Shown here piece after piece: positions 40,610 to 50,704 of a stretch of DNA of 64,000 bases. The notes under the pieces were generated by a model that saw nothing but the letters and a program-made list of their open reading frames with translations, had not been told where the DNA came from and did not search any database. Position numbers and translations under genes: made by a program. This DNA is from Brachionichthys hirsutus (taxonomy: Eukaryota): contig NC_090911.1 of assembly GCF_040956055.1 (NCBI RefSeq), positions 1,460,830 to 1,524,829 on the forward strand. Direction: 5' to 3'. The first letter of the stretch is position 1; each line of letters starts with the position of its first letter.

Positions 40610-40711
40610 GTAAAGAGTCAAGAGAGGGAGGAGGAGGACGAGGAGGAGGAAGGAGAGCACGTGGAAGGCGACAACGATGGCGACAGCGTCAACGGTGAAG
40701 TGGACTCGTAG
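40610..40711 (+). CDS. hnrnpc: hnRNP C-like terminal coding exon (VKSQEREEEDEEEEGEHVEGDNDGDSVNGEVDS*)
   Basis: The acceptor is ccgcctccag| and the stop is TAG at 40709-40711. It matches the hnRNP C C-terminus …GEDDRDSANGEDDS*. AATAAA signals lie at 40932 and 40943. Confidence 0.85.
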   Translation, partial: VKSQEREEEDEEEEGEHVEGDNDGDSVNGEVDS

Positions 40712-41634
40712 ACACGGACCGCGCCCCGCCCTGCCCCCTGCAGCGAACACGCCACTTCCAAAAGGAACTGTGACTCTTGTTTTAACACTCGTAGATATAA
40801 GAGGAAAGCCAACGCACGCTGTCCGACTGTCTGACCGCGAGGAGGAACGTGAGCTCCAGAAGGTTTTACTTTAAACGTGTGTCTGTGTTGTCACTTTTTT
40901 TATACTGTTCAGTTTCAATTTAACTAAAAGGAATAAATTGCAATAAAATATTAAAATAGGGAAGCTTCTCTTTCCCTTTTTTTTAATCTCCACTGTTCAA
41001 CGTTGCTGATTGTATAAAGATGAAATGGACGATTCCCCCCCCCCCCCCCGAGGGCAGGAACCCGTTTGTTTAACGGAGAACACGCCCTCGTTCCTGCAGG
41101 TTCTCCACGGTGAAATTAGAACACTCTGGACTTTGTTCACCGGTTCTGACATCACTTAGAGCATCAAGTAGTTCTGATCAGTACACAATGAGCTGCAGTC
41201 AGATGGGTTTTCAACCTCGCAACTCGAACTCCAGTTGAATTATTTTAGTCATTTATTAGCAGAAAGTACGACAAAGTAAACCAGTACATAAAATACACAA
41301 TGTCCATGTACATCCTGAACCATCTTGGCCTGGGGGGGGTTAATGGGTCCAAGATAAAGCCATGGAAGTTCATCTTGTGGCATCGGATTCAGCTTCAGGT
41401 GCTGTTTAAACAAGTTCAAGAGCAGAAGATCAACGTTCCGTCATCCTCGTAAGAACCCGAAGAGTTCCTCTAGTTGCCAAAGAAGTGTCTGCAAATAAGA
41501 ACTTAAACCAGAGAATCAAAGTGCAAAAGGATCCAAATAAATGCATTCAAATATAACGTTTGACAATCATGCGTAAATCCAGCGCAAAGGCGTCTTCATA
41601 GCATCAGACTGGTCCGGGGGGGGGGTCGAGGCCC

Positions 41635-41687
41635 TCAGGCCCCAAGCATGGGGAACACGAAGAAGGCCCCCAGCAGGATCAGCACAG
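41635..41687 (-). CDS. DOMON-domain gene, terminal exon: hydrophobic C-terminal tail (AVLILLGAFFVFPMLGA*), a likely GPI-anchor signal or TM segment
   Basis: The acceptor is ccccgccag| and the stop is TGA at 41635-41637. The 16 aa hydrophobic C-terminus follows small residues (PGHAPG). Confidence 0.55.
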
Positions 41688-41975
41688 CTGGCGGGGGGAG
41701 AGACAAGGCCTTGATCACATGCTGGTTCTCACACGCAGGGCGCCGGCGACGCGCTCCGGGGTGCGCCCGGTCCGGTCGAACCCGTCGGTCTGGACCGGCC
41801 GGTTACTGTTAATACTCGGCGCTTTGCCAATCACGCGACGATTGCAAAAACAAATTTCATCCCTCGTTATTACGCTGATCAAACATCTCAGACGTGGACG
41901 AATAAATCCACGATCACATATGTATGTATGTGTGTACAGTGTATGTATATGTATGTGTGTGTTATTGCTGCTTAC

Positions 41976-42143
41976 CGGGGGCGTGGCCTGGCCCCGTGGA
42001 GCCTGCTGATGAGGCTGTGGTGCTGTTGACAGTGGTTGTGACATTGGGAGAAGCTGTGGTGCTGTTGACCACGGTGTTAGCGGCCGGGTCAGCAAGGTTC
42101 AGGGGGCCGGTGGTCAGCGAGGCATTGAAGGGACCGAGGGTCG
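41976..42143 (-). CDS. DOMON-domain gene, exon 5: Ser/Thr/Asn-rich stalk (…NASLTTGPLNLADPAANTVVNSTTASPNVTTTVNSTTASSAGSTGPGHAP)
   Basis: The acceptor is cccccag| and the donor is CCCG|gtaagc. The exon carries multiple N-x-S/T sequons and looks mucin-like. Confidence 0.6.
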
Positions 42144-42402
42144 CTGGGGGGGGGCAGACAGAGAGGTGGGGGATTATATCACAGATCAATGCGGCTTAAT
42201 GTCAAATAAATGCATCCAAGTTACATCTGAAAGATCACGGGTGTTGTGTGGGGCCTATCCCAAATTTGGGACACCCCGGACGTGGGCTAAAGGAATCCAT
42301 ACGCACAATGCAAATCACTTTAAGAGGAGGAATACGATTCGTCCCGCTGGACGATGGAGAGACATTAATGCTGGATGGACATCGTGTTGAGTGTCTGCTT
42401 AC

Positions 42403-42539
42403 TTCCATTCAGCGTCCCAACGCCCAGCGTGACGTTGAAGGTGGTGCCGGAGTTGCTGCCGGTGGCGTTGACGCTTGTGATATTGAAATCGCATTCGATC
42501 ATAGTTCCGTTCAACCTGTATCGAATTCCTGTGACCCTC
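42403..42539 (-). pseudogene. DOMON-domain gene, exon 4, with an apparent +1 frameshift near 42478
   Basis: The 5' half is open in phase 0 (RVTGIRYRLNGTMIECDFNI). The 3' half is protein-like only in the +1 frame (…TSVNATGSNSGTTFNVTLGVGTLNG). The +1 frame is also the one that splices in frame to exon 5. This points to either a disabling frameshift or an assembly indel. Confidence 0.5.
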
Positions 42540-42746
42540 TGAGCAAGAAATGGGAAACGTCAAACACGCGTTATTAATGCGATGCTCAAATTAAAGGACG
42601 ACAGGAACGAATCCCACGACAAGACTTCAGGACAATGTTGTCAAAAAAAGACCCGTCCCGCCAAAATAAGACAATGTCCTCCAAACGTCCATATCATGAT
42701 GGTTTTATTTTGGGCTTTTGGTGCATCCGTCGGTTTGAGACCTTAC

Positions 42747-42848
42747 CGTCTCCACTCCGGTGATCATGTTGCTGGTGGTGTTCAGCTCTGCGGTGACGAA
42801 GGCAAACGTTCCATTGTTCTGACCGCAGGCAAACAGCTTGGTGATGTC
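42747..42848 (-). CDS. DOMON-domain gene, exon 3 (DITKLFACGQNNGTFAFVTAELNTTSNMITGVET)
   Basis: The acceptor is tctccag| and the donor is GACG|gtaagg. It is 34 codons, phase 0. Confidence 0.6.
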
Positions 42849-43547
42849 CTGGAGAGGGAGAGGGAGAGGGAGGAGACGGAATGAGGCGCCCTGCTCTCGC
42901 ACAGCCTCAGACTGAGTTCAGTTTCCAGTCTTTCTGGTTCCCTTTGTGTGAATAACTTTGCAATCATTGTGCTGTGTTGTTTTTTTTTTTACTTCTACTT
43001 CCCTGCTTTCTCGTGTTTGAATTTCTTCAGTCTTCATGTCTCTCAGTTGAACAAAAAGACATGTGACTCACACCACATGGCGCTACTCCGTCAACACGTC
43101 TGAGGACAAACGGTGCTTCTAGGAAGCAGCAAAGCGACGCTGACGTCGTGTCGCGGCCATCAGTCCTGCATCTCGAGGACCGCAGTACTACTTAGAACAC
43201 ATTCGACTACTTTTACTATTACTGCTACCTCTAAGGCATTAACTACAATGAAGTACTTTTCTTACATGTCAAGTTGAATGTCTTTGCAGCAAAATAAATA
43301 ATGTTGAAAGAAAATGTAAAACAAAAAAAGCAATTTGCTTCTGAGGTCAGGCTGAACATATTTGTTTTAGAACGGGATGCAATACTTGGAAAGCGGCTGT
43401 TATTATAATTAGAAATCTTATTTTTCAACTTTGTTGGAAATGTTTTACTTTGTTAAACGGTGGCTGCTTTTTCTGTATTAAGTGAAAATACCTAGATATA
43501 TTATGTTCTTTCCCTTTTTTCTTTTTTAAGTGTAACATGTGCATTAC

Positions 43548-43748
43548 CTGAGACATTATAAGTCCTATTGCGACATATCCCCCGGACTCTCCTGAGAGTT
43601 GGACGGTGGCCTGATAACCGTTGGGAGGCATCGCCATTCCAATTACCAAAGAGGAAAACAAGCAGCTGTTTCCGGCACAAGGGATGCATCCAGCCGGGTT
43701 CTCGACACACAGTTTGGTGGTTCCACAACCATCCCGGGTGATGTTCGG
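43548..43748 (-). CDS. DOMON-domain gene, exon 2 (PNITRDGCGTTKLCVENPAGCIPCAGNSCLFSSLVIGMAMPPNGYQATVQLSGESGGYVAIGLIMSQ)
   Basis: The acceptor is gtctcccag| and the donor is CAG|gtaatg, with 67 codons. Cys spacing and the …SG.S.GYVA.G.S motif match the start of DOMON domains such as FRRS1/SDR2 (DTTGCGSSRFC…PGC…CFF.S…SGPSDGYVSFALS). Confidence 0.65.
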
Positions 43749-44197
43749 CTGGGAGACACAAACACAAAACATACTCACATACTTTCCTCTCAGTCGATTA
43801 AATACAGTTTATTCCAGGGTTTCAGAGTATTTTCCTTTTTGAAATGTCTGTGAAGATTCTCGGTCATTCAGGTTCAGAACCGAACCGGCTGGGGGTTTTG
43901 GGGGGGGGGGGGTTCTTGACCCCATTCTAGGGTAAAAAATAAAATAAAAATGCTAGAATGTCTCTACATTTTTTTGTCTTTATTAACTTGAACTGAGTTA
44001 TAAATAAAAGGAGAATCAATTCTAAATTAATTGAAGTATAAGTTAAAAGATACTAAATCAAGTCAAAAGTATTCTGAGTTTGAATTACTGCACTTTTTAT
44101 ACAGGATTTATTTCAGTTTCAAGAGTAGTTTTAGCCATTATCATTTTTGAAATGATATTTATTTACACCGACGGGATAAAAGAGAAAGAACGCCGAC

Positions 44198-44296
44198 CTG
44201 GCTCGAGTTGTCAAACGATAAATGAGACGTTCCGTGGACAGCCGGGGACACGTAGAGCATCAGAGCTGCAAGCAGCAGGAGAAATCCTCGTTCCAT
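44198..44296 (-). CDS. DOMON-domain gene, exon 1: start codon and signal peptide (MERGFLLLLAALMLYVSPAVHGTSHLSFDNSSQ)
   Basis: The ATG is at 44294-44296 on the minus strand. The hydrophobic N-terminus fits a signal peptide. The donor CAG|gtcggc is weak, so this boundary is uncertain. Confidence 0.5.
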
Positions 44297-45965
44297 TTCT
44301 GACTGGGGGGAACAGGAAATGGACCCAAAAAATAAATAACATACAGCTACTGTTAGAAATAGTCATTTATAGCTTCCAAAACAATAATAACTATGTTACG
44401 ACAATACAAGGAGGATGTAATTATGATATCGGAGGAATAGGAATGACTTTTTCTCTTTTTTCCAGCCTTTGTGACAAAGTTAACAAAGCGACTAATCACT
44501 ATTTAAACTTCTCTGTGTACTTATATATAAGGGGCTTGTCAAATATAGTTTATTTGTATTTTATAGCAAAAAACAACAACAAAGTATTTAATTTCCGCAA
44601 ATGAATCCAATTGAAATAAAAAATGACACAATTGAAATGCAATGCCGTAAGAGAATCCCGAGCAGAGACACTCACCTTGGTTTTAGGGATCGGATGATGA
44701 GCTGTGAGAATGTCCTGCGCCGGCTGTCTGCTCGTCTGTGAAGACGATCCCTGCGGGGACGATTTAAATCAGCAAGTGTCAGCAGAGGTGCTGCGAGGGC
44801 GTTACCTGATGAGGACTTACCTGACTGGATGCCAGGAAGACGTCCACATCTCACTGACTTTTCTTGTTCCGTGGGCTCTTAGGATTAGAACTGTGTTCTG
44901 GACCGACCCAGTTCAAGGGGTTCGGTAGAATCAGACTGGAAATACGGCCTCTTGGCTTTATACACACCAACAAAATGAACACACAAAATATCATTAACAC
45001 ATAAAGTAAAAAAAAAAGAAAAAGAATAAGAAAGAAATGTTGTGTCGTTACTGTCACAGATATTTATCCACCATCAAATGGAATATTATATAGAATGTTT
45101 GTAAGAGAGGCCTTCAGGTGGTTTTCATGTTATTTTCTCACACATCTGAATAAATCCGACGGCAATGCCTTTGGAAATCTTCCTTCACCAGAGTGCTTTG
45201 CATTCGATCATCTGACAGGATTATGCATCCAATATCGCAGGTTTATTCGTTGCACAATTAGAGATTAAGCTTTGTGGTATGTGTGTGAAAGCAGGAAACT
45301 TTGTCACCAGTCCTGTCTGGTGGGTTTGTCTTTGTAACAATGAAGTCCTCATCCATCCTGCTGAGTAAAGGTTATGTTGTAGTAAAAACAGAGAACTCAC
45401 AAACACCAGAGTAGACGGAGAGCGTATATGTATGTTTCAGTATAATGCGTGGACACTCAACAACGCTCAACGTTAGAAGTAACGCTCAACAGGGACCAGG
45501 ATCGGTGGTGGTGAAACTACATTCAACTCTTTTCACAGGAAGCAGAATAATTCATTTTTTAATTTAAATGTTTCATTTCTAGTCCCCCGTTGATTTTTCC
45601 TTTGCTCAAAAAAAAAAAAAGAGACTTTGGGAAAAGAGTTTCCTTTCTCAAACATTCCAAACTTCAGGGTGAAAAATGGATTATATGAGTTGTAATTAAT
45701 GTTCTGATTTGTGCACTAAATAACACTTAACTTAAATAACCAAATAATAATGTGCTGCCAACCAAACTACGTTCAGTTCTTGTGAAACTAAAGAGAGAAA
45801 CCTGCGTGAGCGTGACTCACACCTGCTGTGGGTCGACCCATATTGCAATCTATCGATCCATAAATACGATACGCTGATTCCAAAAAAAGGTAAATACATG
45901 TAAAAAAAGAAGAAAATAACAACAACAAATAAATAAAACCCAAAGAAGTTACATTGAAAATTCCA

Positions 45966-46130
45966 TTTAGTTAAAAATACACATCAATTCTGATTCCCTT
46001 TGACTTTTCATGTTGGTGTATAAAGATACCAAGAACAATCTAGAACCTTCTGGTGCTGATCCAGATCACCAGTTCGGAGGGGAATGAGCTGCTTGGGGGA
46101 GGTCTGTGCTCTCTGGGTGCTTTTGTAGTT
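45966..46130 (+). repeat. copy of the dispersed repeat (see 5330-5530 and 50040-50210)
   Basis: It shows high identity to the two other copies. Confidence 0.7.
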
Positions 46131-46439
46131 GTTGTTTTTTTTATATTGAATGAATGCTTTATGGAGTCTGGGAAAGTTGTGAATCCTTAAAAATGGGATC
46201 TCTTCACAGGTAAAGCGGATTGGTGTCCACGATGAGACAAAGTCCTTCAAGAAGGCATCAGGACGTATAAAACAGCCAGAGGGAAGGGCCTTTATTACGC
46301 CGGTTATTATACAGTAATAATGATGTCCACTTTTGCACTTTTAATATGTGAATGAATGAACGTGCCGTTTGTGAGAGCTGCTGCAACAGCATAACTTCCT
46401 GCAAAGGATCAATAAAGTATCTCTCTTCACCTGGGCCCC

Positions 46440-46800
46440 GCCCTAACCACCCAGCCCGGGGTCCTGTGTGGTCCATCCCGGGGTCCTGCGTGGTCCATCC
46501 TGGGTTCATGCGTGGTCCAGCCCGGGTTCCTGCGTGGTCCAGCCCGGGTTCCTGCGTGGTCCAGCCCGCGTTCCTGTGTGGTTCATCCTGGGTTCCTGCG
46601 TGGTCCAGCCCGGGTTCCTGTGTGGTCCATCCCGTGGTCCTGCGTGGTCCATCCCGGGGTCCTGCGTGGTCCATCCCGGGGTCCTGCGTGGTCCATCCTG
46701 GGTTCCTGTGTGGTCCATCCCGGGGTCCTGCGTGGTCCAGCCCGCGTTCCTGCGTGGTTCATCCTGGGTTCCTGCGTGGTTCATCCTGGGTTCCAGGCTG
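46440..46800. repeat. 45 bp tandem repeat, about 8 units (ggtccatcccggggtcctgcgtggtccagcccgggttcctgcgt…)
   Basis: The 45 bp periodicity is visible. It generates artefactual ORFs in all frames (PGSCVVHPGFLRGPARVPAWSS…). Confidence 0.85.
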
Positions 46801-49800
46801 ATTTCTTAGATGACGCACATGATGAGTCAGCGTACAGAAATATGTGTTTGTTCTACACTTACAGGTTTGGGGACCCAAAAAGGTTCAATTGAAGGATGGA
46901 AAATATTGATCAGCCAGACGATTTACCTATAAGGTCTGGAATGAAATCTTTATTAATCTACTGGAGTGATAGCTACCTCCGTCAGCGTTTGTTTGTTTGT
47001 CTGTTAGCAGGATTACAGAAAAACTGCTGGATGGCTCTTGTCCTAATTTAGATCCCATTAAATTTTGAGCGCAATCCGGATACCTGTCTGGATGCAACAA
47101 CAAAAAATGGAGTTTTCCCATTTATTTATTATATTTATTTATAATGGATGTTTTTTTCAAAAACCTTATTTTGTAAAAGATTCATTCATTTTCTAGGTGC
47201 AACAAAAATATCATAATCAGCAGATGTGGAAAGGTCTGCACTTAAAACGCACGTTGAATCTGACTTCTGGCGCCAGACGCGTTTCGAGAGATGATTAACC
47301 GAACCGGCTCCTGTCACACAACATTCTCGTCAATCTCCAGACATCTTACTGAGATTAACTTCAAAGTTAATCCCAACTGGGTGAACATCTTCCCCAATTC
47401 ATCAGCCTTTTGCTCAAACGTTTGGGGAAAACTGGGATGGCAAGACCGTTGTCCACCGATCAGGAGGTCTGTGGTTCGAGTCCCGTCGGATGCCAGAACG
47501 TTGTGCCATGTTTAATCGTGCACGGACAGACGGCATTCAAGCCAACGCCTTCGCCGCACTTTGTTTCCCCCAGTCGATATAAAACGTTAGCCTTTGATGC
47601 TGTCACTCGGGCTGTTGGCATCAAGCAGAACAGGTTCTACCTGCCGTGGGTTCTCTCCAAGCGATGACAGAACGAGCGACTTTTGGGGCTTTCCTCCTCC
47701 TGGAAGATTCCATCCGCACCACGTGTCTTATAACAGACGATGACAGGATGATGACAGGATGAAAGAGTCTAACAGACAGAAACCTCGAGCAGATCCGAGA
47801 GAGAGAAATAAGGAAACTTTGTATACGGTATCTGCATCTACCTCTGATGTTGGTTGTAATTCTCACTTTATCTGTTATTGTTTAAAAAATATATATAATA
47901 TTAATTTCTGTTATTTCATTTATTGATGCGTTGACATAGTAATTTCTAAACGATGAAGAGAGTCTCTGCCTGACCTGCTATTATCACCGCTGGAGATAGG
48001 GAACTACTTTAATGTGCAGGTTCAGCGTTCTGCTTTGTTTATCTGCAGCGTCTTTTATCAATATAATCATTAGTTATAGAAACGTAGTAATGAATGTCCC
48101 CTGGGTTTGTACTTAGTAAAATAATCGAGTACAGATCAATATTCCTTCATCCTTTAAAGCCGATCTATCATAACTAATGCACGTGGCCTTTCAGGATTTT
48201 GAGACTTCTTCATCACAAGTTTGATATTATTTGAAAAACTTCATGTACACGATCAGACACATATGCATTATCCATGCAAAAACTCAACAAATTAAAGCAC
48301 AAATATACAAAAGTATATCTATTTTTTTTTGGGGGGGGGGGGGGGGACACATTTGTAAGAAGGTTCCATTAAGACCCTATTTTCCAAAAATGATATAGTT
48401 TCCTGTAATTATTTCATTGTTTAGGGGCATTAAAGGGTTAATTATATTAAAGGATGATGAGCAAAAGCAAAAAAAATATGATTGAAGGTTTTAAAACAAA
48501 GGGAACGACAGTTTAATCAAATATGATCTGATTGTTTGAAAAATACAAGAATAATAAAACAGGATTGAGGTCGACCCGTCTGGAATCTGGCTTCGTCAGA
48601 CACTCGATCTTCCTGTCAGGGGAAGGCGCGGCCGTTTGGGTTGCCGCAGGATGAGCTCATCGCCGCATGCCGAGCTCTGTCACCCAACACAATGCCATCG
48701 CTGTCCGGAGTATCGAGGGAGTGTGCAATGACGCACAAGATGCCGCAAGATCAACACAGCTATTTAACTGGAACAGCCGGTTCATTTCCACAAAGTTATT
48801 TTCTAATTATCAAAACAAACAAACAAACACAATTTTATTTTGTTTAGTTTCTACAACGGCGGCCATCTTGTCCTCCTGGTATTGCTGTTCCCAGATACTT
48901 TTACGTCTCCAGCGATGCTACTTTTGTTTGTCTGTTGGATTGTACTCTTGGTTCTATAAGGTCTGCAGGGCAGATTTACACAGCGTTTTGTAGGAGAATG
49001 GCGGAAAGCGTCCCGTAGAATTGGATCTGGATTAAGATATTTTGGGCGTCGGCGTAATTTTCCGTAGAGACTTAAAAACTAGTGACCAGATTTCAATAGA
49101 TGCGTGTAATCGTTTCTCCCTCGTCGACGGAGTCGCTCTGGTTATATTTAATGAAATCAGATCATACTTCAAGAGCACGACGGGACGACAAGACGGTTCT
49201 CGGTTCAAATCCACCCGAGAAGCCACTGAAGCCACCCCCCCCCCCAATTTCAGCTTTAATGATGGGCAGGGTCCTCTATCTCATCACGGAATTTCATCCG
49301 GATCGGATGTGGATATAAAATGGGGTACACTTGCGTTTCGGCCTACTCTACATTTAATAGGTTTATTGTTTTCATTCCAAACCTTTATTTATACTCATAG
49401 GGCATTGATGTTTCCCTCATTCACAATGACGACGAGTTTACAGCAAGACAAGAAAGAAAGAGAACTAAAAACGATTACGATTTACAAATGTTTAAAAGCA
49501 GTAGCAGGTTGGATCTCGTGTGATAAGTTAAGTACCATGATTCCAATCTCGCAAGGAGGAGATATAAGGAGGACGTTTAAGTACCTCAGCGGCTCAGAGA
49601 AGGCCTCTAGATAACATCGCCGTAATCTAATCTAACTGATTAATCCTACTGATTAATGGCAGACTAGAGCGGTGTCAAATAGAAAGCCCCACCTCCTGCC
49701 GAAGCTTGGATGTGCTTTGAATGAGAGCTTCTCATCAATCCACAGCCGAAGATATTTGAGCCATCAACAGTTGATGTGTAAAAATCAGCATTTCACTAGT

Positions 49801-50039
49801 TCTGGGAACAAATGTGTGAGTGTCTTGTATTAAAGTGTGTGTGTGTGTGTGTGTGTGTGTATCCGCAATACAGGAAAGAATAGTATCATCTGCATATAAG
49901 TGAGCATGGCAACCGGTTAATATTAATATTAGAGAAAGTTCACCAAATATCACAGTCATAAAGGAACTATCATGTAAAATGTCTTCTGGATCTGATCCAG
50001 AATGAGGTCTGGAAAAAATATTAACTTTTAACATTGAAA

Positions 50040-50210
50040 ACTCCAGTTAAAAATACACATCAACCCTGATTCACTTTGACTTTTCATGATTGGTGTGTAA
50101 AGACACCAAGAACAATCTAGAACCTCCTGGTGCTGATCCAGATCACCGTGTGGACGGTGTAGATCCAGTTAGGAGGGGAACGAGCTGCTTGGGGGAGGTC
50201 TGCGCTCTCT
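50040..50210 (+). repeat. copy of the dispersed repeat
   Basis: It matches 45966-46130 and the reverse complement of 5330-5530. Confidence 0.7.
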
Positions 50211-50704
50211 GAGTGCTTTTCTATTTCGTTCTTGTGAATGTGGAAATGTTGCGTTGTTTATCGCAGGTTGGTTAACGTTCTATTTCAGAGGCTTCAAGCA
50301 TGTTTGTGTTAAAAGTTAGGAAAATAAATGGGCAGAAAAGAGAACATTTATGTGACTAATAATTTATTTGTTCAAAAATTCACCAGCACCATGAAAATAT
50401 TCCCCCACTTAAAAATGACATTGAGTAAACATGAAAGCACAACAAAGTGCACGTTGCACAGCCGTCACCTGAAACCCGGAAACGAGAGACACGAGGAAGG
50501 AAACGCCTGATTCCAGGCAACGGAACCAAACGCGGATTTTTTTTCCCACCTAATCTTCCGCTGTTTCCGTCTAGATCAGCTCAGTGAGGAAACTCAGAGG
50601 AATATTCCACTCGAGTGGAACTTCCTCAGACGAGGGGAAGTCCCGTTGGTCACCAGGGTGACGTCGGCGGCAGTCTTTCCTGGTAACCGTGGTAACCTTC
50701 CAGA

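Noticed and set aside
44080-44604. 174 aa plus-strand ORF upstream of the DOMON gene
   Set aside because: It is AT-rich with a low-complexity Ile/Asn/Tyr-rich translation and no motif. It is likely spurious promoter-region sequence.
46258-46892. ORFs of 92-149 aa (PGSCVVHPGFLRGP… repeats)
   Set aside because: They lie within the 45 bp tandem repeat. They are periodic artefacts.
47395-47520. tRNA-like sequence (…gatcaggaggtctgtggttcgagtcccgtcggatgcca…), considered as a tRNA gene
   Set aside because: It has a T-arm-like box (ggttcgagtcc) but no proper D-arm or acceptor-stem pairing. It is more likely a SINE or tRNA-pseudogene fragment.
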